From a virus: DNA of 64,000 nucleotides. The stretch's first letter is position 1. Every line of letters begins with the position of its first letter. A program made the position numbers and the translations under genes. Of this stretch, positions 56,047 through 64,000 are shown one piece after another. Under the pieces are notes generated by a model, which did not search any database, was not told where the DNA came from, and worked only from the letters and a program-made list of their open reading frames with translations. The stretch lies in IMG/VR virus record IMGVR_UViG_3300021492_000072, one strand, 5' to 3'.

Positions 56047-57021
56047 ATGGAACGTGTTGTCTTCTTCGTGACGCGAAAGCCCAAGTTCGCCCCCAGTCCT
56101 TTCTACCTAGAAGGACGCAGGCCAACCGACAAGTATTTATGGGATCCAATTATTGACCTACTTGAGCGTAAAGTCGTAACTTGCCCAGACGGAAAACCAG
56201 GTCATTGGGTGACATTACCTGGAGGCCGTAAGGTTTGTATCCCAGAGTCGTATTGGCGGAAGAAAGCACTTACTGCGGGTGTAACTGCGGGTACGGTTAC
56301 TGCTGCTGTTACAGCTGCTACGCTCGCAGCGTCAGCGCGGGTTCGGGCTTTTGTTCGTGGTCTTCATTTCACCCCCGAAGGTGCGATACAGCCGCTATTG
56401 GGGCGACGCGGTCTGAACTTTATACTAAAAAGCCCCGATGTTGTGAGTCGATCTTTTCGCGCCGCTGCTCTGACTGGATTTAAAGTGCGACGTTTTGGGT
56501 ATTATGAGTATAGGGGTGTGAGGGGTTTGATGATCGATGGGTCGCTAAAGAATTTTCCAGAGTCCAAGTTCTTGTACGCCACAACGAAAGATCCAGATGT
56601 GCTATGGGCCGGATTGATTTCTATTCCAAAGGCATCGCGTAAGGCATCACGTGACCTCTTTAGAGGTGTCTTTGACTTAACGCGCGCGAGCGGTGCGTCA
56701 AAAATACGATTCATAGCAGGACTTGAAAATGGATCATCAATGTGGGCACGTTTAGGTGGTAAGTGGGTCGACAAGGGTGCTGAAAATGCGTGTAAGCGAG
56801 CAATCTTAGAGCGGCGTAGAAGCATTGGCTACCCCGCTGACTTAGACAGACTCATCACCGAAGCACGAACCCCAAAAGAGTTAGTACAAAAATTGGATGA
56901 GAGGTTGGGTAAATCAGGCACACGCAGACTTCTAAGAAATGTTGAATGGTGGGGGGAACTCGACTTGAAAGATCCTCAAGTCAGGTCCTTTTTATTAAAG
57001 TTAACAGGACAGAAGTTGTGA
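56047..57021 (+). CDS. Tagged GNAT-like protein
   Basis: CPDGKPGHWVTLPGGRKVC, Ala/Thr hydrophobic run, then RASGASKIRFIAGLENGSSMWARLG. Confidence 0.6.
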   Translation: MERVVFFVTRKPKFAPSPFYLEGRRPTDKYLWDPIIDLLERKVVTCPDGKPGHWVTLPGGRKVCIPESYWRKKALTAGVTAGTVTAAVTAATLAASARVRAFVRGLHFTPEGAIQPLLGRRGLNFILKSPDVVSRSFRAAALTGFKVRRFGYYEYRGVRGLMIDGSLKNFPESKFLYATTKDPDVLWAGLISIPKASRKASRDLFRGVFDLTRASGASKIRFIAGLENGSSMWARLGGKWVDKGAENACKRAILERRRSIGYPADLDRLITEARTPKELVQKLDERLGKSGTRRLLRNVEWWGELDLKDPQVRSFLLKLTGQKL

Positions 57022-57899
57022 ATGTACCAGAAGCACTGAAGAAATATGCGAGACCTTTCTTGGTTTGGTGTGAGGGGTCCTATCCTTACTGTCTGCACAT
57101 ACACCTCGCGAGTGTTTTTCATGGTGACCTTCGTATGAGGTGGTGTGGGCGTGACCTTATTGGTGTAACTTTATTCCTCTACCGCTCGGGGTCTGTGAAG
57201 CATAGACCAAATGGAAGAGAGGGTTGGGATGACTTCCTTAAGATTGTGAAGTACCCACGAAGATACTTTAAGCTGGACTATACAACAGGAGAGATTATTG
57301 GTCAGAGGAGCCTTCAAGCGACGATGAAGCTTCCGGAGGCTAATGCGTGGATCAATGTTCGGAAGTTTATATCACCACCCGGTTATATCGGAGCGCGTTA
57401 TCTTAAGGACAAGTGGGGCTACATGACGCGTGTGGACACTGGGTTAGTGGAGCACCTTACACGCAAGCTAGATATGTTTGAGTTTTACTTTACTAAAGGG
57501 AAGGCCTTTCGTGGTAGATACATCCTTCGACCCTTTGGGCGTGGTTTCCATTTTTACACTGCATCTGCTGACAAACCACACGTAGTGGGTACAAAGTATG
57601 AGAAGTTAAAAGAGGGTAAGGAGTTAGGGGGTTTCCTGTGGATCAGAGCAAAGGATCAGACACCATACATTCTTTCATTGCGTGCGGTTGAAAAGCGTTT
57701 CGTTGCCCCTTTTGGCTACTCAGGTCTACCTACACAATTAAAGAAGTTGATCCCTTCAAGGTTTCAATACTGGAAGTTAAGGAGCGAGAAGGATCGTATA
57801 AAGGTGCGGGATGAGTTAAGGGATGCGCTTAAAAGGAAAGGACTGATGAAGTACCTAGAATCTGGTGCGTGGTCTTACGTGAAAAGTTTAGAGGCTTGA
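57018..57899 (+). CDS. LigD 3'-phosphoesterase-like protein (probable GTG start overlapping the upstream stop)
   Basis: HIHLASVFHGDLRM; VDTG..FEFYFTKGKAFRGRYILR. Confidence 0.55.
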   Translation: MNVPEALKKYARPFLVWCEGSYPYCLHIHLASVFHGDLRMRWCGRDLIGVTLFLYRSGSVKHRPNGREGWDDFLKIVKYPRRYFKLDYTTGEIIGQRSLQATMKLPEANAWINVRKFISPPGYIGARYLKDKWGYMTRVDTGLVEHLTRKLDMFEFYFTKGKAFRGRYILRPFGRGFHFYTASADKPHVVGTKYEKLKEGKELGGFLWIRAKDQTPYILSLRAVEKRFVAPFGYSGLPTQLKKLIPSRFQYWKLRSEKDRIKVRDELRDALKRKGLMKYLESGAWSYVKSLEA

Positions 57900-57940
57900 C
57901 CTTTTTTGGTAGACCCTAGTTTAAATTTGGAACAAAGGAG

Positions 57941-59026
57941 GTGAGAGCTATGTCGTTTTCGCGGTTTGAAAATGGGTTATTCCAAGCAACAGGTCAGTTT
58001 ATTGCATCGGCTGACACTAAACCGTTTAAGGACTTCGCGAAGCAAGGTGAGTTAATAGTTGCGGGTTACGCTACAACTTTCGACGTTGGGCTGGAAGGAG
58101 CTGTCATCGCGAGGGACGCGTTAAATGAAGAGGATTTGAAGCAACGCCCGACTTTGCTGTTCAACCACGACCAGAATCGCCCCATCGGACGTGTTGTAAG
58201 CTCTAAGGTTGATGATAAGGGCCTTTTCATAGTTGGTGTTATTGATAGTACTGAAAAGGAACTTCAACAGAAAATCATGTCTGGTACGCTTTCTCGTTTC
58301 TCAATCAGGGGCCGGATAATGCGCTCACATGCTGAATGGAGGAAGGACCTTCAGAAGAATATAGACGTAATTGATGAGTTAAAGACTTTAGAAGTATCTG
58401 TTGTTTCGGTACCCGCTGTTGCAGAGGCCGAAATTCAAAAATGGTATCTGCAACGTAATTTTAACGAAGGAGGTGATAGTATGAGTGAACAAAGAGACGT
58501 TGAGGCAAAGGACATCACGCGCGACACTGAACTCCCAGAAGAGGATGAGTTTGTGCTTGAAGACGATGGAACAATTGAGTTATTGCTGGGGCTAGATGAG
58601 CGAGTTAATGACTTGGTTGACAAGATTAGTACTTTTGAAGCGGCTGCTAATGACCTTAAGGCAGTCATGGAGAAGTTGAGCGCAATCGATAAGAAGATTG
58701 ATGAGGTACTCAAAAAGTTGGAGAAGTATCCATATCCATATCCAGCTAAGAGAGACGCTGAAGAGTCAGCTGACCAATCAGAGCAGGGAGAAGGAGATCA
58801 GGAGAGACAGGAGTCCACTAATCCACTTGAGGAGATTCAGAAGTCTATCCAACGCTTGGCTGACGAAGTAAAGTCGATAAAGGAATCTCCTACTATAAAG
58901 GGGGAGAAGGAGGCTGGAAAGGAAGACGAACTAAAGAGATTTATAGAATCAGAAGAGTACAAGAGCGCACCCCCAACTGACAAGCTGAGGATGTTATACG
59001 ACTTTTTGCAAAAAGGAGGTGAGTAG
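57941..59026 (+). CDS. HK97-type prohead protease fused to scaffold
   Basis: GYA, LFNHD..PIG, FSIRG, EVSVVSVPA; acidic coiled-coil C-terminus with YPYP. Confidence 0.92.
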   Translation: MRAMSFSRFENGLFQATGQFIASADTKPFKDFAKQGELIVAGYATTFDVGLEGAVIARDALNEEDLKQRPTLLFNHDQNRPIGRVVSSKVDDKGLFIVGVIDSTEKELQQKIMSGTLSRFSIRGRIMRSHAEWRKDLQKNIDVIDELKTLEVSVVSVPAVAEAEIQKWYLQRNFNEGGDSMSEQRDVEAKDITRDTELPEEDEFVLEDDGTIELLLGLDERVNDLVDKISTFEAAANDLKAVMEKLSAIDKKIDEVLKKLEKYPYPYPAKRDAEESADQSEQGEGDQERQESTNPLEEIQKSIQRLADEVKSIKESPTIKGEKEAGKEDELKRFIESEEYKSAPPTDKLRMLYDFLQKGGE

Positions 59027-59957
59027 GATGCTAGATTTAAAGCGCGAATTAGTTAGAAGCTTAACCGAAAGTGATATTGCTTCGATCATCCCCAAGGAAG
59101 TAGATAAGATCATCGAGTCCATGGTTGAGCATAAGAATCCTCTTCGTCAGAATCTTCCTCGTAAACCAGGCTCTGGCGCGGGAGTTCCCGTTAACCGGAG
59201 AGACGGCGCTTCAACAGAGCCCAAGTTCTACGGTGACACCGACTCATTCGATGAAAGCACAGGCAGTTACTCTCAGGTTGTGTTTACATACAAGACCATT
59301 GGATGTCAGGGGAAGGTCACTCGTAAGGCACGCGCAATCGGAGCTAACTACGCTGACTTACTGGCCAATGAAATGGAGGAACGGTCCCAAGAGTTCCGTG
59401 ACAAAGAAGAATGGGGATACTTTTGGGGCGATGCAACAGCAAATCCAAAACAGTTTGATGGGTTAGATAAGTTAACCCACAGTGACAATAGATTTGCAGT
59501 CGGTGGAAGTGGTGGTGGCAACTTAACACTTGAGTTAATGGACCAAGCAATTGACGCAGTTCGCGGGACACCTGACATGATCGTGTGCAGTAAAAGAACA
59601 CGTAGGAGAATACGTGCCTTACTTCAAACTCAACAAAGGTTCGTAAATACCACAAAAGTGAAGGGTGGCTTCGAACTCATGAGCTATAATGATATTCCTA
59701 TCTACGTGTCTAACCAAATTCCTGACACTCTTAAGGTTGATACGGACGGGAAGACCATCACTAGCTTAACCGCTGGTACATTGTCAGCTCTCTTTATTTT
59801 GGACACTGAGAAAGTGTATGTGTCCGAGTTAACCCCCCTTACTATTAAACCTCTCGCCAAAACTAGCTCGCAGTTTGACCTCTTTGACATCTACGCTGAC
59901 GAGGTTTTAGTAGTTCGTAATCCATACGCGTGTGCTGAGATTGTAGGAATTGTATAA
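59019..59957 (+). CDS. Major capsid protein (HK97 fold; likely ATG 59028)
   Basis: Follows the protease; IPKEVD..I, EE..F.GD....QFDGLDKL, YNDIPI. Confidence 0.88.
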   Translation: MSRMLDLKRELVRSLTESDIASIIPKEVDKIIESMVEHKNPLRQNLPRKPGSGAGVPVNRRDGASTEPKFYGDTDSFDESTGSYSQVVFTYKTIGCQGKVTRKARAIGANYADLLANEMEERSQEFRDKEEWGYFWGDATANPKQFDGLDKLTHSDNRFAVGGSGGGNLTLELMDQAIDAVRGTPDMIVCSKRTRRRIRALLQTQQRFVNTTKVKGGFELMSYNDIPIYVSNQIPDTLKVDTDGKTITSLTAGTLSALFILDTEKVYVSELTPLTIKPLAKTSSQFDLFDIYADEVLVVRNPYACAEIVGIV

Positions 59958-59969
59958 TAAATCGGAGAG

Positions 59970-59988
59970 GGGGACTGTAAGGTCCCCC
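59970..59988 (+). terminator. Stem-loop after the capsid gene
   Basis: GGGGAC-TGTAAG-GTCCCC; weak U tail. Confidence 0.45.
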
Positions 59989-60013
59989 GTAATGTTAGTG
60001 GGGGAGGTTACTT

Positions 60014-60415
60014 ATGTATAAAATGAAGTACTGTGGGCCGTTTAGTGGTCCAGAATGGACTCTTGCTACTTATCGTGAGGTCATAACTGTAAAAAACGGG
60101 TACTGCACAGTTAAGTACCCGGAAACAGTTCAAACGCTACAACTGCAAGGCTTCAAATTAGTAGAGCAAGACGACACCCCAAAGCCACCACCTCGTCAGA
60201 AGGAATCTATTAAACCAGTAGCAACGCCTCCACCGAGACAAAAGCCGGAGCTGTCTCAAGCTGAAACGAAGATCCTTGAATTGCTTAAAAAAGGTGCAAA
60301 CCTAGGTGCCATAGCGGTTGCTATTAAGTGGAAAAAGTCAAAGATAGAGAATTGGATACGAACTCACAGCAAGCTAGTAGCTGAGGTAGTAAATGCGCCA
60401 AGTTCTGCCAAATAG
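60014..60415 (+). CDS. Hypothetical head-associated protein
   Basis: Position; PPPRQK x2 linker; HTH-like C-terminus. Confidence 0.6.
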   Translation: MYKMKYCGPFSGPEWTLATYREVITVKNGYCTVKYPETVQTLQLQGFKLVEQDDTPKPPPRQKESIKPVATPPPRQKPELSQAETKILELLKKGANLGAIAVAIKWKKSKIENWIRTHSKLVAEVVNAPSSAK

Positions 60416-61211
60416 CCCAATTTCGTTAGCATTCGATTTTGTTTACGCGGGTGTAACGGTTAGCGATGTTGAGGACCCTGTGGTTGAAGTGTACTCCTTC
60501 GCTCAGGCGTTGATGACCGCCGCTGCCTTAACATGGGGTGGGGCTCATTATGAAGCACGTGTTCAAGCACCACAGGAGTTGGGTGTTTACGTAGCAGTAG
60601 CTCACGGTAAGTATAATGGTGACTATATAACAGCCGCTTCACACGAAGCTCTTGAAGTAGTTTCATACGGGGCAGAAGCGCACCACGCGCTTATAACCCT
60701 CAATGAGGTTAAAGAGTACTTGGAATTGACAGACTTTAGCGAAGACGCGTTTCTGCGACTTCTTACCGAGGCGTGCATTAGCAGTGTATTGAACTACCTT
60801 CACATTACAATCGGGCCGCAAACAACAAAAGAGACCTTTCCTGTGTCTGATTGTGCCTCTTGGAGCTTAAACTATTACCCCGTCATTTCAGTGGAACATA
60901 TTAGTGTAGATGGTGTTGAGTTAAGTAGTACAGATTACACATTAAACGCTAATACGGGTACGATTTGGTTCAATGAGTTAGTAAGTGGGGTGCTAGAAGT
61001 TGAGTATACATACGGGCTCACATCTATACCATATGATATGAAGCTCGCGTGCCTCAAGCTAGCAGCTGTGCTTTATAACCTACGAAACACAGAAGGCTAT
61101 TCATCTCGAAGGTTGTTAAGCGTCGCTGAAACATATTTAGCGAGCAGCAAGGCTGATGTCTTTCACGAGATACGTTCTTTACTCGCTCCCTATAAACGGG
61201 TATCACGTTAG
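60393..61211 (+). CDS. Head-tail connector/adaptor with an extra N-terminal beta domain
   Basis: LITLNEVKEYL..D..L, YPVISV, VEYTYG..IPYDMKLA. Confidence 0.8.
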   Translation: MRQVLPNSPISLAFDFVYAGVTVSDVEDPVVEVYSFAQALMTAAALTWGGAHYEARVQAPQELGVYVAVAHGKYNGDYITAASHEALEVVSYGAEAHHALITLNEVKEYLELTDFSEDAFLRLLTEACISSVLNYLHITIGPQTTKETFPVSDCASWSLNYYPVISVEHISVDGVELSSTDYTLNANTGTIWFNELVSGVLEVEYTYGLTSIPYDMKLACLKLAAVLYNLRNTEGYSSRRLLSVAETYLASSKADVFHEIRSLLAPYKRVSR

Positions 61212-61961
61212 AAGTTGGTTTTGGTCAACATATCCCCAATTACGTTGATACATTCTCCACTTTTCTCTCGGCCATCGAAGCATGTCATGAACAATAAGTC
61301 TCTTGGGGTTGACGAAAGTACTAATGTTTGGGTGATATAAGTGGTGAAGTGTTATATCTGCGGCTCCGACCCGGTACCCAAACGCTTCTAGTTTTATCCA
61401 AAACGCGTTATCTTCACCATACTTACCGTAAAAATCTTTCTCTGGCATCCCGCCCACGTGGTTCATTATAGTCTTAGTGATCCACATAGCACCGCCAGCT
61501 GCACCCATTTTCTCTGGTGTGGTGCTACGTATGTAAGGGCCCCCAAGTGACTCTGATTTAAGAAATCGTTCTGTTGCCTCCTTTGACATGTACAAAATAC
61601 GATTCCACGCTGCAGCTGGAGGCCGCGTCTGGGCCAATATGCTTTGATAATTGGGTGGGTAAATGAGATCAGCGTCGGTAAGTAACACGTGTTCAAACGT
61701 GGCCAACTCTTTCACACCTACGTTAAAGGCCCAAGCTCTGTTAAAGGGGTGAAAAGTGAAAACCTTTAGGTACCGAAAGGGTTTGCGGATCCATTCACGG
61801 AAGGCGTTAATGTGGTCATGAATGTACGCTGTGGGGCCTGTCTCAACGATACATATCTCACACCGAGCTGAGCGGGCTAGGGATTTCACACAGAAAGTTA
61901 GGAGTGGAAGTCGTAGTGGGTGGTGTTCATATGGTATAACAATAGAGATTGGGATTGACAC
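61203..61961 (-). CDS. Glycosyltransferase (GT-A; GT2/GT7-C-like), GTG start 61961
   Basis: SIVIPY, FNRAWAFNVG, DAD, GGM.E.F.G.YGED; GGAGG SD; TTGCGA-17-TAGTCT promoter. Confidence 0.85.
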   Translation of the reverse strand: MSIPISIVIPYEHHPLRLPLLTFCVKSLARSARCEICIVETGPTAYIHDHINAFREWIRKPFRYLKVFTFHPFNRAWAFNVGVKELATFEHVLLTDADLIYPPNYQSILAQTRPPAAAWNRILYMSKEATERFLKSESLGGPYIRSTTPEKMGAAGGAMWITKTIMNHVGGMPEKDFYGKYGEDNAFWIKLEAFGYRVGAADITLHHLYHPNISTFVNPKRLIVHDMLRWPREKWRMYQRNWGYVDQNQLLT

Positions 61962-62036
61962 GCTTCCTCCTTTGATATAGACTACACTTATGATACCAAA
62001 CTCGCAAGACATTGACAAGTTTGAAAGACAAGGTTA

Positions 62037-62444
62037 ATGGCAACCACACAAGCTTTATTAAGTGAAACAGACTTTCCACAGGCAACGGTTGATGTCTTTT
62101 ATAACAGTGAAGTGCTTGAGAGATGGATATTTGTGGGTGTACAGCAGCAAGGGATCGCGTCTGTTTTGTGGTGGATTACAAGAGGTTACCATCAATTTAC
62201 TGTACTTCTTCCCCTTGCGCAATTGTACCTCCTACATCATATCAGAACGCTGCGAATCAGAGTACCTGCCCGACAAATCTGGACAATAAAGCGCGAACAT
62301 GGTATCACTATTTACCCCACTCTTCAGTTCTACACAAGCGCGGGCAAAGTTGCTGAATTACGCGGCTGTGGATTTAACTTCCAAGAGTTGAAGAGTGTGG
62401 TAGTCAACCACTTGACCCCGGGGGTGAGCTATGGGAACTACTAG
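62037..62444 (+). CDS. Hypothetical protein
   Basis: ORF between the glycosyltransferase and holin. Confidence 0.5.
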   Translation: MATTQALLSETDFPQATVDVFYNSEVLERWIFVGVQQQGIASVLWWITRGYHQFTVLLPLAQLYLLHHIRTLRIRVPARQIWTIKREHGITIYPTLQFYTSAGKVAELRGCGFNFQELKSVVVNHLTPGVSYGNY

Positions 62445-62919
62445 TAGTGTTTTCAAAAAAAGGAGGTTCCCATTGTACAGTGTACTTTATTACAGAGGCC
62501 AGCTTACTACAGATTTCACATTTAAGTCAGTCGCTTCAGGGCTTTTATATGCTCTTTTATGGCTGTTTGGTGATGTCAACGACGCTGTCATTGCTCTACT
62601 AGCATTAATGACTCTTGACGTTATATTAGGTTTGTCAGCCGCTATTAAATACCATGATGTCTCTTCAGACAAACTACGGCAAGGTGCGGTAAAGTTTTTA
62701 TTGTATTTTGTGTTGATCATAGCCGCCAACTGTGTTGACAAGGTTGTAGCTCTTATACCGCTTATGAGCCAAATAGTACAGATCAGGAGTTTCACTATGA
62801 TTTATCTAGCGGTATCTGAAGGGATTAGTGTCCTTGAGAATCTTTCATCACTTGGTGTGGCTGTGCCTAAAGTGATGCTCAAAAGACTCCGCCGGTTCAA
62901 GCAAAGCATGGAGAGGTAA
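62431..62919 (+). CDS. Phage holin (holin_4_1-like)
   Basis: Three hydrophobic segments; D..LG..AA..SS....G..K; E.ISVLENL..LGV.VP. Confidence 0.85.
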   Translation: MGTTSSVFKKRRFPLYSVLYYRGQLTTDFTFKSVASGLLYALLWLFGDVNDAVIALLALMTLDVILGLSAAIKYHDVSSDKLRQGAVKFLLYFVLIIAANCVDKVVALIPLMSQIVQIRSFTMIYLAVSEGISVLENLSSLGVAVPKVMLKRLRRFKQSMER

Positions 62920-64000
62920 ATGGCACGGATTATAATGTGTCCTGACAACAAACCAGGGACATGGATTACGCTAAAAGAAACAGGAAGACGCGTTTGTGTT
63001 CATTACATCAAAAAGAATGGTAGGTGGGAGAGGATCTCAGCAGCTATACCGTCAGCGAAAGTGTTAGGTGGTGTTACATTAGCAGCTATAGCCGCCGCGA
63101 TACTACGAAGGAAGCCACCGTTGATTAAGGACATCCGAAAAGTTGCCGTGATTCACGGAAAAGCTGAGTACGCGACTGATAAGTGGTACCAAGCTATAAT
63201 GAGTGCGTGGATGGGGATGAAATCGATCCCTCCTGTAACTCCTAGTGCAAAACCACCTAAGTTACTGAAAACCGCTGCTTTAATATACACACCACATCCA
63301 GGAGCAACTGCAGTGAAGGCCGAGAAGATTATTGGTCATAGAGAAATGATGAAGTTGATCAGCGACAAGTTTGAATTCTCGTTTCTCTTCCACAAACACC
63401 CAGAGTATCACCTGGACACCTATCTGGCGTCCAACTTCAAGAACGTAGATGAAATGAGGAATTACTTCGCTTCGGTAGGTAAATCCTTTATATTGAAACC
63501 GAGGTTTGGGTCGCTTGGGACTCTTAAAGACTTTCCTAACGGTGAATGGTCAAACAAAGCAATCGAAAAATATATCAAGTCTTATGGTGCTGATGATGTA
63601 GTTGTACAGGAGCTAGTACCCGTTGCAAACGAGTTTCGGGTACATGTGGTGAATGGAAAAGTTTACGCTGTAATGCACAGATGGGGCCCACCAGGAGGAC
63701 TCGGAAAAGTTTGGCGTGAACATATTCCGTTTGGGCATATTGTGTTTCCAGTCTGGCGTAAGGGTGATATTGTAAAATTCACAGAGAAGGCAATTCAACC
63801 TTGGGGGAAGAACCTTCATGCTGGGTTGGACGTGATCCAACTTCCCGATGGGAGCTATAAGATCTTAGAAGCAAATCCCCTTCCTGCTTCCTTTTTACAT
63901 CCTTACGTATCTAGAAAGTTCCACAGAGCAGTTACTGGCGTGTGGACTGCAGATATACAAGCACTAGCTGTGGTAGGAGGTGCGGTTGGTGCTTGGACTA
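62920..64000 (+). CDS. Tagged RimK-like ATP-grasp ligase (runs off the window end)
   Basis: Not in ORF track. Manual translation: MARIIMCPDNKPGTWITLKETGRRVC..; SDK, FILKPRFGSLG, VVQE, EFRVHVVNGKV, GLDVI, ILEANPLP. Confidence 0.8.
   Translation, partial: MARIIMCPDNKPGTWITLKETGRRVCVHYIKKNGRWERISAAIPSAKVLGGVTLAAIAAAILRRKPPLIKDIRKVAVIHGKAEYATDKWYQAIMSAWMGMKSIPPVTPSAKPPKLLKTAALIYTPHPGATAVKAEKIIGHREMMKLISDKFEFSFLFHKHPEYHLDTYLASNFKNVDEMRNYFASVGKSFILKPRFGSLGTLKDFPNGEWSNKAIEKYIKSYGADDVVVQELVPVANEFRVHVVNGKVYAVMHRWGPPGGLGKVWREHIPFGHIVFPVWRKGDIVKFTEKAIQPWGKNLHAGLDVIQLPDGSYKILEANPLPASFLHPYVSRKFHRAVTGVWTADIQALAVVGGAVGAWT

Larger units (their letters stand above)
1..64000. mobile_element. Segment of a large tailed bacteriophage genome (early region plus head morphogenesis module)
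   Basis: TerL, portal, HK97 protease, capsid, connector and holin; about 44 kb of small co-oriented phage-like ORFs; no host housekeeping genes, integrase or att site seen. Confidence 0.95.

Noticed and set aside
44246-63840. Short antisense or nested ORFs inside head genes (e.g. 44246, 47879, 51499, 58435, 59125, 63613)
   Set aside because: They overlap recognisable long CDSs and have no motifs of their own
1-64000. Archaeal virus assignment (Agl3-like and DUF1874 genes, GGAGGTG SDs)
   Set aside because: SLT, holin, Ku and TTGAC-17bp promoters favour a bacterial host; not fully excluded without searches
1-64000. tRNA/rRNA genes and stop-codon reassignment
   Set aside because: No cloverleaf or T-loop signature noticed by eye (tRNAscan not run); long conserved genes are intact in the standard code

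Overview
The whole window looks like part of a large tailed-phage (Caudoviricetes) genome. A bacterial host is suggested by strong GGAGG(TG) Shine-Dalgarno sites, TTGAC-17bp promoters, a lytic transglycosylase, a holin and Ku; a thermophilic host is a weaker inference. Positions 1-43.9 kb form one leftward block of small, tightly coupled early/accessory genes. It contains a partial Ku gene missed by the ORF track, a DEDD exonuclease, a YddF/AcrIII-1-like ring nuclease, an SLT, a DUF932-like protein and a MoxR-AAA/vWA pair. It also contains an uninterrupted tandem array of 32 paralogous ~100-130 aa genes (17185-27782; 36 copies in the window) with a fixed scaffold and variable loops. Non-coding structure includes a palindrome plus iteron-like locus (31.8-32.2 kb), eight covarying bulged hairpins fused to ribosome-binding sites (39.2-43.9 kb) and seven pure-AT tracts. 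Positions 44.3-64 kb hold the head module: SqdB, TerL, a 1441-aa portal-MuF-zincin fusion, HK97 protease/scaffold, major capsid protein, connector, glycosyltransferase and holin. Interspersed are unrelated enzymes (GNAT-like, zincin, RimK-like ATP-grasp, nucleotidyltransferase-like, LigD phosphoesterase-like), several sharing a short N-terminal W-[IV]-T-x(2-4)-G-R tag that suggests a capsid-cargo system. All family assignments come from motif recognition by eye; no searches were run.
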